From Chrysemys picta bellii (Eukaryota), in assembly GCF_011386835.1 (NCBI RefSeq), contig NC_088809.1, positions 1,178,001 to 1,242,000 of the forward strand: DNA of 64,000 bases, read 5' to 3'. Below are positions 45,771 through 58,200 of this stretch, piece by piece; position 1 is the stretch's first letter; the number at the start of each line of letters is the position of its first letter. The notes under the pieces were generated by a model. The model was not told where the DNA came from. It searched no databases and saw only the letters and a program-made list of their open reading frames with translations. The translations under genes and the position numbers were made by a program.

Positions 45771-45954
45771 TATCAGAGGGGTAGCCATGTTAGTCTGGAT
45801 CTGTAAAAAGCGACAAAGAGTCCTGTGGCACCTTATAGACTAACAGACGTATTGGAGCATAAGCTTTCGTGGGTGAATACCCACTTCGTCAGACGCATGC
45901 TGACGTCAGACGCATTCATATCCTGTATGAACTGTTGCTAGTCATGCGTCAGAC
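45771..45954 (+). mobile_element. Penelope-like terminal-repeat insertion with 15-bp flanking duplication
   Basis: Same repeat as 39521-39635 (2 mismatches in 115 bp); acattgtcagacact at 45756-45770 and 45955-45969. Confidence 0.85.
45850..45898 (-). ncRNA. Minimal type I hammerhead-ribozyme-like motif within the Penelope repeat
   Basis: CUGACGA-a-GUGGGU(AUUC)ACCCAC-GAAA-GC(UUAU)GC-UC; helix I not obviously paired. Confidence 0.6.
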
Positions 45955-47764
45955 ACATTGTCAGACACTGATTCTCAAACAATGGAAGTGAATATTATAC
46001 AATTTTTTCTACAATCTTGCTGAAATCTTGGATTCATGTAGTTGTGTGTCCCACTCTGTATCCCAGACAGTGTCCATGAGTGGTGATTACAAGATATGCA
46101 GTCATTAAGACAGGGCTCCTGCAGCTGTGTTACACTTCAAGTGCAAGTTCATGAATCAGTGACTGATTTCTAGAGCTTGTTTCTCTCCTTGGCCTGCTGC
46201 GCATTGTATAGTCCACCTTTACTTTACTGTAGTTACAAGTTAAGATTAATTGCTAAGGAATGTTATACAAAGCTGTAATCATGTGTCCGTTATTGAGCTC
46301 AGTAAAGCAACCAGGCATATACCCTGGAAGGAAATTTACATTAGTGCAGACAATATCTATTTGCAGGTACTTTATAAAACAGACAAATTGAAATGGATAT
46401 TTATGTCACTATATACACACAAGAGGAACAATGAAATCAATGCAAAGAGCCTTTACCTGTGTTACGTCTGTTTATTGTGTATTCCACCAAGAATTCCTGT
46501 TGCATGCGCTGACATTACAAGAGATTACTCTAGCATCATTTTAAGGTATGAAATGTTCCTTTGGGTCCCGCTTAACCTCATCACCCAAGAAAACAAAAGT
46601 TGACAGAGGGTTTTCTGCACAATAAGTACAACAATGGCACTTATCCTTTTCAGAATCTGAGTTGCGGGAGTCCCTCTGAAGGCAGTGAGGTTCTTGTGTT
46701 TGATTTTCCTCAGTGTCTTTGCACATTGGATTTTGGGTTTCATGACATTATTTGTAGCTGTTTTGCTGGTGCCAGAACTGTACTAATGCTTCAGGCCTTA
46801 CTTTAGGAAAGTCTGTGCTTATGTCTATCCCTATTCAGGACAGTACTGAAGCATGTTCAGTGGGACTTAAGCACATACTTAAATTTTGGCATGTGCTTCA
46901 GTGCTGTCCCAAATAGGGGTGCTTTCTGGAATCAGGAACTCAAATTGGTCCTCTGTTTCAGATGTTGCTTTTGTGGCATGGACCTCAATATCCACTATCT
47001 TGAGCTGGCTTTTTAAGGAAGACACATCTGCTTTTGGCCACATTTCTGTGTCACTGTGTTTCATCAATTATATTGTGAACAAATAGAAAAGCTTTCCTCT
47101 GTTAGCATCGTTTTCAGAGACAGTCAACATTTCAACTTGATAGACCCCAAAATGCCATTAAAGAGCAAGTGTCCACAGTGAGGTGGAAAGAATCTGAGAC
47201 TGAAGTCTTTTAAGATCCCAGACACGCCAGCCTTGTGATTTACACAGAGCACTGACCACATTTATATTCTGTATGAACTGTTGCCAGTCACGTGGCCTTT
47301 CTGAAGCATTCTTGCAGCGGTGGCAAAGACATTTGAAGAAGACTGCACACTGAATCCGGCACCTGGAAGCTGTGGGGTTTAAATGAACGGCTTCACAAGG
47401 ACTCCAAGTTTCCCTGAATCTGTTTTGCGTAAGGACTTGTCTACATTAAGTAATATTATTGTGTTTCCTTTGAATGTGATTGTGAAGAATCAACTTAGCG
47501 ACAAGTTGCTGGCCATGATTTGTCGTGGTGTGTGCTGATGAGCCTCTCCTGGCCAGCACCATGCCAGATAAGTCTTGACAACCTTCTTCAGACATGATTG
47601 AACGTTATAACGTAGACATGTTAGTCTCAGTAATATTGTTCCTAAAGGGCTCCCTGACGACATCATCTTCTTCCACTGTTGGTGATACCATAGTAGGGAC
47701 CAGCTTGCTATCAACAGTTCCATCCATTTCTTAGTGAGATCAATGTGAAGTCTGTCTACACAAG

Positions 47765-47941
47765 GCCTTAGTCCGCACTAGCTGGGCTGTTAATTCTAGT
47801 GCATGCTAGCACGTTGTGCCCTAACTGGCCTGTGTGGTCCCTGCTGAAGTTCCCTAGTGCACATTAATATACTCCCGTTTCAAACAGTGCTGGGTTAATG
47901 TGCACATTGGAATGTATGTCCCAGCCAGTGCAGACTAAGGC
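47765..47941. mobile_element. Harbinger-like MITE
   Basis: Inverted ends gccttagtccgcactagctggg / cccagccagtgcagactaaggc (20/22); no clean TSD. Confidence 0.65.
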
Positions 47942-49054
47942 ATTGTGTAGAAAAGCTCCTAGTGCATCTCCTTTTTTGTGAATTTGGCCCCAATCCTGAA
48001 CGTCTAATTCCAGGCCAACAGCTCAGGGGGAGGTTCTGCGTGAGTGAGGAGTTCAGATCTGGGTTCTTGTGAGGTGACATCACCTGACCAGAGTAGGGGC
48101 AGCATACTCCGCTGGTGTAAGCTGGTGCCACTCTAAAAGTAAGTAGAACTGTGCTAGTTTACACCAGCAGCAAATTGGGCTCATTTTGTGGTTTAATTAC
48201 TGTAGAAACTTTACAGCTTAATTACCTGATGCAATAATTACACCATAAAAGGAGTTCAATTCTCTTCCTAGGATCTGAGGTCAGAAGGCTGGGATCTCTG
48301 CAGTCTCCCTCTGTAGCCCCATGCCTTGTTTACAGCACACAAAACTGCTATGTGCGGGATCTGGGCTCCCTGCAGACATCTGCACTCCCACTCATCAACT
48401 GCAGGGCATTGTGGCCGTGCCAAGAACGGCCCTGATGGAGATGGTGGGTCTGTAGGACCTAGTGCTCCTGCTCCCAGAGCGCTAGGGCTGGAATTCCATC
48501 TCTGATAGGGTTAGGGCTTCTGGTCATTTGAATTTTGCCCTGGTGGTTTTTGCTGTCACAAAAAAGCCTGGATGGAATCCCAGCTGCCTTAGTGTTTGAG
48601 GGAGAAGCCATACTTTCCTGAACTCCAGCTGGAGTATTACATACATGGATATGCTCCCTAATCATTTGAAGTATTTTATTAAAACAAAATTCTGAGCTGA
48701 CTGTAGAAGGATTCTCACCTTCTGTAGGATTCTCCCATTCAGGGACTAACATTTTATTATGAAAGATAGGAACGTTAGCTGTCTTTGTCAATTCAGATTG
48801 ACTGCTGGCAGAAAAGTGAGCACATATGTTTTGCAGTAGGATATTTGAATGTGCTCATGACCACCCTTCCCTTTGTAGTGACGTGAGACTGGTTGGGCCA
48901 CAAGGGGTTAATTCTCTGCTGAATTTATCAAGCATCAGAAAGATTTCCCTTAGAAAGTTCCTGGTCTGTCCTTCCTTCTCTGTCCCCTCCCTCCTTTGTT
49001 CTCTTTTCTCTTTCACTCTGATCACGGTTCTAAAAACAACTCCTACCTGCCAAG

Positions 49055-49087
49055 GTCAATGTTTAATGTTTCAGAGCCTTTATATAG
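49055..49087 (+). promoter_or_regulatory. SLC13A2 proximal promoter: HNF1-like site and TATA-like box
   Basis: GTCAATGTTTAAT 49055-49067 (10/13 to GTTAATNATTAAC) and TTTATATAG 49079-49087, about 55 bp before the ATG. Confidence 0.45.
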
Positions 49088-49137
49088 TCCCCATGAACAG
49101 ACCTGTGCATCTTTCAGCACTGGGCTAGTTCAGCACC

Positions 49138-49239
49138 ATGACTACTGTGTGGAAAGTGATTGTGGCCCACAGGAATTACCTGATTGCTTTCCTAGTACCT
49201 TTTCTGCTTCTTCCTCTCCCGCTGGTCGTTCCTACCAAG
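49138..49239 (+). CDS. SLC13A2: SLC13A2 exon 1
   Basis: caccATG; [34 protein letters not shown]; donor AAG|gtaaga. Confidence 0.93.
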
Positions 49240-52200
49240 GTAAGAACTCTTAACTGCACTCAGAAACTCCGAGTTATTTGGAAAGCACTGCTTCTTGTAC
49301 ATTACAAAACCAAGCGGGAACCACAGGTCCGTTCCCTGATTAACTTCCATTGTGTCTGAGCTGGACAGTTACCTTTCCAGCTAAGTCCCCTTAGACCACT
49401 AATGGGGCACCTGGAATACTACAGCAAGGAGAGCCTCACTGGACAGTCTATCATGAAAATGTGTCACTGAATTACCGTAAAAATGTAACTTGCTTCAGAT
49501 GATGGCCCTGATTCAGCAAAGCATTTTTGCACATGCTTAAAGTCCATACCTGTGTGCCTAACCTTAAGCACATGCTTAAATGGCTCCTGAGTTGAAGCTT
49601 ATATGCTCAACTTTTAACTTCCCTCCTGATTTTCTCAAAAAAATCCTTTTCTGCTACTTTTCTAGTGTTGTCTTGAGACAGAGGAAACAATGTCAGGATT
49701 ATTTGTTTTATATGTCAACAGGACAAGGCATTTCTGAGCTATGGGACAAAAATAAGGTGTGTTTCACTTTTTTAAAAGTTTTGAAACTTTTTTCCTTATG
49801 GAAAATAGTTTTTAAAGAATGATTTGGTTTAGAATCTTCAAAAGTCTTGTGGGACACTTAGCGTTTATGATTACTTCTGACAAAGGTAAGTTCAAATGTT
49901 GGAATTAGTCACTATAGACTTTTAAATTCTGATCATGCCAAGATATTCCATTGGACTTTAAAATCTCTGCCAAAAGTCTGTTAGAGTTTAGAAGATCTGC
50001 TAACAGAGTGCAGCCACCATCCAGTATTTACACACTGTGAAACGAGCTGCACTGGTTCAGAGACTACAAACTCTGCTGGCAGGATTTGATTTGGATACTC
50101 CTTTGTCTTGTGTTTCAGTCACACCTATGTGGTGCAGGGATGGTATTATCCCCATTTTACAGATAGCGAGCTGAGGCACACAGATTAAGGTTAAAAATTC
50201 CACTAATTTTGGGTGCCCAATTTGAGACACCAGGGACCTGATATTTTTGAGAGTACTTAGCATTATATTGACTTTACATGTTTAAAGCACAGCTCCTATT
50301 GACTTCCGTTGCAACTGTGAGTTTTCAGCATTGCTGCAAATGAGACCCCAGGCTATCAAGTTGGGCCCCCAGAAAATGAGAAACATACAGTTACTGACCC
50401 TCTGTGAAAAGTTTAGTTTCAGTTATTTGCCCAGCATCACACTGGGATTCTGTGGCAGAGGCAGAGATAGAATCCAGTTCTCAAGGGTGGCATTTAACTG
50501 CCTAACCATGAAATAATCCTTTGTCTCATTCACTACACGCCTTCCAACTTCTGCAACAAAAGAGGCAGGGTCCTAGAAACATACTCCTCCACTACACAGC
50601 CCTGATTCACCTCCAGAGCACAGTCTGTCCTACACACTAAATGAGTTACGGATCCTGTGGAAAAATCGCATGTGATCATGTAATTAGACTTCATCATAAT
50701 GCATATACATCAGGGGGCTGAATGAAGGTTGCATATGATAACTTCCTAACTGTTGAGTGCTTGACTTTGTAAACTTAACATTTATTCAGATTTTTGAGTA
50801 ATTTCCTGGGTTTTTAAAAAATCAAATTGAAAAAACCCCCATAAATTCCATCACGTGGCATCATATTGGCACCCACATGAGTTATGAGCAGGGTTGGAAC
50901 CTTTAGATCCATGGCACAGATCTCTGCAACTGAAGCAAACGAAGTAACTGACAGCAACAGCAGCAGTAGGTTGTCATCCTCTCTGCGGACCAGCACAGAG
51001 GGAGATGAGACATACACGTTGCCAGTGGGTTTCACGGATTTGCTGGCAGCAGAGGAATGATGAGACTCAGGAATCTTGGTTCCATTCGGATTTTCAAGGG
51101 ACAGCACAAGGCACAGCCCTGAGACAAATGCCAAGTTTCAGCTTCCTGCTCCAAAGTGGGGGGGAGGGGAAAGCGCTAGAGCTGTTCAAAAATGGTCTCA
51201 AGAATTTTTAACATGGACAAAAAATGTATTTTCCCCGAGCCTTGTTCTCAGAAATGGCTGACTCATCTTGGCTGAAATTTTACACAAAACTTCAGCCCGA
51301 GGCAGACAGCTGGCATGTAAAATTTCAGCCCAAATGGTTGAAGTTTGGCAAAGTTATGAGCAACTGAAAACAGGGTCTTATAATGGGATGTGGTGCACAA
51401 TCTTAATAGTAGCAGGTGCCAGCAGTCCTGCCTATAATCATATATTTAAATACTTTCTTTAAAAAGCTAAAGAAATTCACAGACAAAACATTGTGTATAC
51501 AGTTTGGCTCTAATTTAATACCGTTGCATGGAAATAACATTATTAGATGTTGCAATGATAAAAATAAAGTAAATGCTTGGAAGTGTAGAAACTCAAAGGT
51601 CCGGATGTGGAAGCACCCTTAACTCTAACTCTGTCAACACCATTCCTCTCCCTGTCCATCAGCACTCTCTTTCCTCAGCCACCAACCTCCTCCATATTTC
51701 CAATATGGACCATAAGCTATCAACTCCATCTGGTAAAATACAATAATGATATAAAGAACCAGAGCTCTTCAGTTATCTGAACATTGGTGTTATGAGATTC
51801 TAACCCCAGCTCACCAGAAATCCCAGCAACCACTATACTGTAGATACAGATTTCCACCAGCACCTCCAGCACATATGGGGCACTGCTCCCAAACACAGAC
51901 ACAAAAGTAGTTCCGCTGCCTGTTAACAGCAAGAAACACCAACCTTACACTTCAGATACTGCCACATACAGTCTAGAAACAACAGTGGATACTGCGCACA
52001 CCCCAACCCCCAACGAAGGCAGTGGGAGCTGCAAGCGCTCAGCCTCCGTTAGGGTCAAAGGCCAAGAGGCAGGGCCCTGTGTATTCCACAATTTTGTGAC
52101 CAGGGAATTCACTCCTGGCTGCAGAATCTCAGCTTATGGGAGAGACTTTCAGTGCACAAATGGGTATTAAGTGCTTGATTCCCATTGATTTTCAATGGCA

Positions 52201-55200
52201 GTTGGGTGCCTACCTTCTTTTTGTGCCTTTGAAAATATCCTCTGATGTTTATTGCCCTTATGGTGGCAGAGATAACCTTAAAATGTGAACAGATTGCAAA
52301 CTGATGCAATGTTGCCTGCCTGAGTCTGCAGACATCCTGAAACAACATATCTGAGCAGTGTAACCTGTCCCATTCATCTCAGTCAAGGCCAGAGGGGCTC
52401 TAACTCTTATTCCATGGGTATAAAACTCTAAATGTTGATGCAGGCAGGCATCTGGCATTTTGTTTTCTGTTTCCCTACCCCACTGAGATCTGTCCTCCAG
52501 CACTCCCCAAAGGGACATGCTCCCTGCACCGTTGCATAGAATCAGGAAGCAGGCCGTCAAGGAGCCAGACCTGAAGTTCAGCTTGCAGTGAGGTGGGGCC
52601 GCCAGAAACACAGGCTGGCCAGCCTGGAGAAAGGTGCAGCAGAAGACGCCCAGTAAGCTGCTGCAGCTGGCTACAAGCTCCCCTCCTTTCCTGGCACACA
52701 TGATGGGAAGGAGTTCCCTAGCCAGATCACCTAGGCATCATGAAGGGAACCAAAGCCCAGGGAGTGGAGCTGGGCTGGAAAGCAGAGTGACAAACCTGTC
52801 CTTGAAAAATCATTTCTGCCAAAAACAATCATTCACAATTTTTACACAAAGAGTATTTTCAACAATGAGCTATAGTTATGTGTGAGTAGGGGAGGTTGTG
52901 ATGAGGGAAATGGGAATGAAAGGTATTTCATGGCAATAGACTAGATTAACATTGCTTCAGAATTTGGTCCCCTCATGCCACAGAGTACAAGGGGCCCTGC
53001 CTGTAGCCAAGCATTTCAAAAGTGATGATAGATTCTTAGAGTTTAATGCCAGAAGGAACCATTAGATCATCTAATGACCTCCTGTATATCGCAGGCCATT
53101 AAATTTCATCTAGTTACCGCTGTACTGAGATCAATGACTTGTGTTTGACTAAAACATATCTTACAGAAATGTATTTAGTCTTGATTTGAAGGTATCAAGA
53201 GAGGGAGAATCTACCGTTTACTTGAGTAGCTTGTTCCAATGGTTAATCACCCTCAACTGTTAAAAATGTATGCCTTATTTCTAATTTGAATTGTCTGGCT
53301 TCAGCTTCCAGCCACTGGTACTTGTTCTGCCTTTCTCTGCTAGATTGAGAGCTCTTTAGGATCTGGTAGTTTCTCCCCATGCAAGTATTTATGAACTGTA
53401 ATCAAGACACCTCTCAATCTTTGTTTTGATCAACTAAACAGCTTGATCTCTTTAAGTCTCTCCCTGTGTAAGGCATTTTCTCCAGCCCTCAAATAATTTT
53501 TGTGGCTCTTTTCTGCACCCTCTCTGATTAAAGTTTTTGGATGTCCAATCTGAGACACCTCAATGGAGCCTGATTTTCTGAAGACAGGCACTCAGCTCTC
53601 TCTGAAAATCATGCTCCTTGAACATCTCACCCAAAATCACTTGTCACGTTCGCAAATTTTGGTCAAAGAACCAGTCTGCATCTTTTACTCTCCAAAATAT
53701 GGACTCAGTGGAATATCCCACATACATGTAATCCTCTGACATGATTCGGGTGCGTCTGCAGAGAACAGGTGGTCAGGATACAGGGTCAGAGTTCAGGCCG
53801 TGAGGAACCTTAACTTTCAACTATTTATATATAATTGTAGTATTTTAATAATGCTTTATTTTTCTTATTAGTATTACAGTAATAGCTATTTACAACCACA
53901 ACTAACTGAATCATGGTTTTGTCAGCAAGTATTCTGTAGGTCTGATTTCTCAGTCATTTGCATGCCAAGATTTTTGATTGTTATTATTTGCATTGCAGTA
54001 GCCCCCAGAGGCCCAGTTGGGGTCTGGGCCCCGTTGTGTTCGGCACTGCATAAATACAGACAAAGCAGTGCTCCCTGCAGTCTTGGGGATCCCTGCTCTG
54101 GGACAGTATAAGACACAAAGATGTAAAAGTATAATGGAAAGAAGACACATAATACATGACTACGTAAACGTTTTTCTAACAGTGTAAAGAGAAGTAGAAA
54201 AAAAAGTAGTTACTGAAATTAAATGGGACTTAACTCAGATAACTGCTTATGTGGCTGGGGAGTGGGATCCAGAACTTTTCACTACTAAGTCACGGCTTCA
54301 AACCCAGCCAAAGTTGGTTGTCCTGGAAGTTACCATTTTATCAGGTCACTTGTGGAAAGATTTGGTGGATCTCAATTCAGTGTCACAAAGGGCACCAACT
54401 GCCATCTATCTGGTGTTCAGCAGAGGCCAAGGACTGACCAGGCCATGGAGAGAGACAGAATATTTCTGACGCTCCAAGTCTAAACATGGCCTTTACAGGT
54501 TAAGACTGGGCACACTGCTGGGCCACATGGAAGAAGCTTGCACTCTTACATTGGCCCAGCGGTGCATCTTCAGTGTACAGGGCTGTCAAGCTGACACCTT
54601 ACACTAAAAGGAAAAAAAAAAAAAAGCAAGGGGAAGGAGCAGGACACATAATGCCACACTGAGATGTCTGATCCCTCACAATTAACCAGCATACCTTCTC
54701 TAGTAATTAACTTGCTCCATTGGGAGATATGGATGGGGCCCTGAGATAAACTGTTGCGTGAACAAGGGTAAAACAAACAGAATGATAAAGGCTTTGTCTA
54801 AAGCCAAAGGAAGGAGAAATTGACAAAGATAAAAAGACAAATAATCAACACCTCACAGAAACCCAGCCACCAAGTGGAGCCTGATGCCTGGAGCTTCACT
54901 AGTCCATCTAATAGGATAACCAGCTTTGACTTCGAAGGAGGGTGTAAACTTTCACACATCTCAAAGGATTATATCCTGAATGCCAGCCTGGTGGTCACGG
55001 GGTCCCCTGGAGCATGAAACGGATTCGGAGCAGTAGCAGGATGTGCAAGATCTAGAGAGGAGGGTGTGTGAATGGAGAAAGAAGTATCTCTGTCCCTGGG
55101 GATAACTGATGACTCTACTGGTTGCCAATAGCACTGATATCCCTTTTCCAGGCCTCCAGACAGTTTATATTTTTCATTTTTATAAATCCCAATGGAGTAG

Positions 55201-58200
55201 GATGTGGGGGACTGTTCTGAGGAGAGAGTCTAAACCAAGGCCCATAATCACTGAATTCTTCACTGTCTCTGGGTCGGAGCCGTACAATGTGAAATATTAT
55301 TAGGCCCCCCCATATGCTCCCTTTCCTGTCGCTGTGTTCCTGACCAGCTTTATTGGAGGTGACCCTGTGCAGGTGGAATGTGCCAGCATCCCAGCACTTG
55401 CCAGGGATTCTCACTGACAGCTTTGCCAAGAAAACCCAGTGGCTTCTCACGGGAACACTAAATGGGAGAGATGGATTAATCAACATTGGGAAACTCCAAT
55501 TAATGTTCGGCTTGATGGAATATTTAACTAGGGAACTGCACTTTTTAAAGTTTCTGTGGTTGCCACTGAATATGGGGGGCCAAAATCCATCCTTTCCTCT
55601 CCTCAGAAATCCATCTCTTCCCCACCCATTCCTACTGCTGAAACCCTTATCCAGGACCTGGTAATCTCTACCTAAAGTACTGCCACTTTCTACTCTCCGG
55701 CCTACTGAATCTCACCTTTCATCCTTCCATGTCACAAGCTCTCCATCTCGTTCCATGCCATAGTCATGCTTGCCTCTTGCTTTCCTGGGTCTTCATGGGT
55801 CTGTCCGTGCCTGCTTCTCAGCTCTTGTCTAGTGCTATTCATCCACTTGGTTCCTGTGCTCAGACCAGTCCGTCCCACTCCCTTTAGAGCATTCGCCAGA
55901 AGATCGCTGTGCTGTCTCCCACACTGCCAGATAGGTTTGAAATTATCTCCTTGATTCCAGATTCCACATAACTCTTTCCCCCTTCAAATCCCTCTGCAAA
56001 CTTCCTGCTAGTCACGCTTTCCAGCATTAACCCACACTTCTGTGCCAGTTGCAGAATGAGGGAGATGTAAGCCACCTCTCCTCAGTCCCCAGCACAAGGC
56101 CTGAGTCACCATTGTGTTACCACCTGAGGAACTACACCGAAATAAATGTAGGCATGTTGTCATAAAAATTGGAGTAACGCACTGGTAAATCAGACCCCTC
56201 GTCTGGAGAGGGCACCCTGCAGCCCATGGTCTCTTCCTCTCTGCGTTATCCCACCCCCAGGAAAGAACCCCCATGCACCATGCTATTTCAGATCACCCCG
56301 AAGTCTTGTCATGAAGTCAATATGTTTAATTCAGAAGCTGGAATTGTCCAGAGCACAAGTAAGCCAAAATCCCCTGGAGAAAAAGGGTAGGGTACAAACA
56401 TTGGGATTGTTTCACCCTGGGGAAGGAAGAAGCTTTTGGATAATTTTGTGGATTGCAAAGGGCATTTTACAACAATACAAATAAAAAAAAGCAATCCCAG
56501 TGATTGGGAACGGAGGTTGAACTGTGATTATAGTTTGTCAAGTAGCCTATGCAAAGGCTGTGGCTTGTTGTGAAAAATCAAATGAAAAGTAAATATATAA
56601 TGATTTACAATGCTAAAAATCAAGGCTGCGGAAACCAATCAAAGTTCATCTGGGCCACTGCATGAAACACGCCGGGAGAAAAGTGAACTGGACCAATGAC
56701 TAACTGAGTTGTTCAATCATTCAAAGACAGAAGTAAATCAGGGAGAAGTTGCTACCAGCAGCAAAATCAAGGAGTCTGTTAAGAACTGCCAGCCTCTTAT
56801 CTGGGCAGGGTTCAAAGTCATAGAAAAAGAAATCAGTCAGTGTATAAGTTTTGCCTTTCCCTATAAAGGCTCTTCCACAAGGTCACTGTATATGCTGCCC
56901 CCTTATTTCTATCCCAGATCTCTGACAAGGTCACTGAATGCTTTGCCCTTTTCTCCATGACAGGAGGCAGATAACTGGGATCTGTTCCCCTTCTCTACCT
57001 GTGGCACAGTTGGGAGAAAGAGGCTAGAAGCAGGCCTCTGACTGAATGCCTAGTAAGAGCGTATGAATAAGCTTGTGGGCTAGTGTCTCAGTCAGCTGTG
57101 CAGTGTGCTCTGATTGTATGCGTTCTCTTTCAGGAAGCCCAATGTGGTTATGTTATCATCCTGATGGCGCTGTTTTGGTGTATGGAAGTCCTGCCATTGG
57201 GTGTTACTGCCCTCTTTCCTGTCGTGCTATTCCCGCTCATGAACATAATGGATTCGACTAAAGTAAGAGATCTGGCTCTTACCTATGTGTGTGTCCATCA
57301 ATCTCTCTGTCTCGGTGTGTCTGGGTGTCTCTCATCTGGTCAGTCCACAGGAACAGGATGGTTCCAACATGCAGTGTTGAGGAGGAGGAAACTGCATGAC
57401 TGGCACCCAGAGAGAAGGCTCACAGAACAAAGAATATCTCTGACCACCTGGAATGAATGCTGGGTCCAGCTCCAGAATTGAAACCAAAGGAAAATTATTA
57501 GTAGTATTGGATGCATGTAGCCTGCATAACAGTGTCTCTGACCCTCCTTCAGCAAACGTTCTCTCTCTGACTGTTTTCTGTTTCAGGTCTGTATGGAGTA
57601 TCTGAAGGACACCAACATGCTCTTCATTGGGGGGCTGATGGTGGCCATTGCTGTTGAACACTGGAACCTACACAAGCGCATCGCCCTGCGGGTCTTGTTA
57701 ATCGTTGGGGTCAGACCAGCCCTGTGAGTGAGAACCTCAGAAGTGTGTGTGAGGGGGAAGAAGGGGGCTCAGTGAGAAAACCAGATTCCACCCAGGGAAG
57801 GAGTTTGGAAATCTTTTCATTCCTGATTCAGGAAAGCACCAAAGTACATGCCAACGTCCATCATTTAAGAGCTTTCTTGATCCAGGTCCTTTGTTTGCAT
57901 TTGGTTCTCATCTCATTTCAGCCAGAGGGGTATGTGGGGCTTGGGAGTCTCCTGGGTGAAGAGTGAGATGAGTAATGAACTCCTGTATTCTCCGATATGT
58001 ACTGCAGCCAGCTCTCTTTCTTTCCCCTTTCTATATCTTGGCTGGAAGGACTGACTTAATAGGAAATATTTAACATTATGTAGCTAAATGACAGTGAGAA
58101 AGGGAACATCATAACCAGAACCATAGAAAAGCACCGTGTTAATGATTACGATCCTGGAGTGGGGACTGGAGTCTCTGTATTTAAAGAGATTAGAAAATCA

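Noticed and set aside
46950-47350. DSGY and KCLC motifs suggesting an Emi1/FBXO5-like retrocopy
   Set aside because: Motifs are in the wrong order and the surrounding residues do not match.
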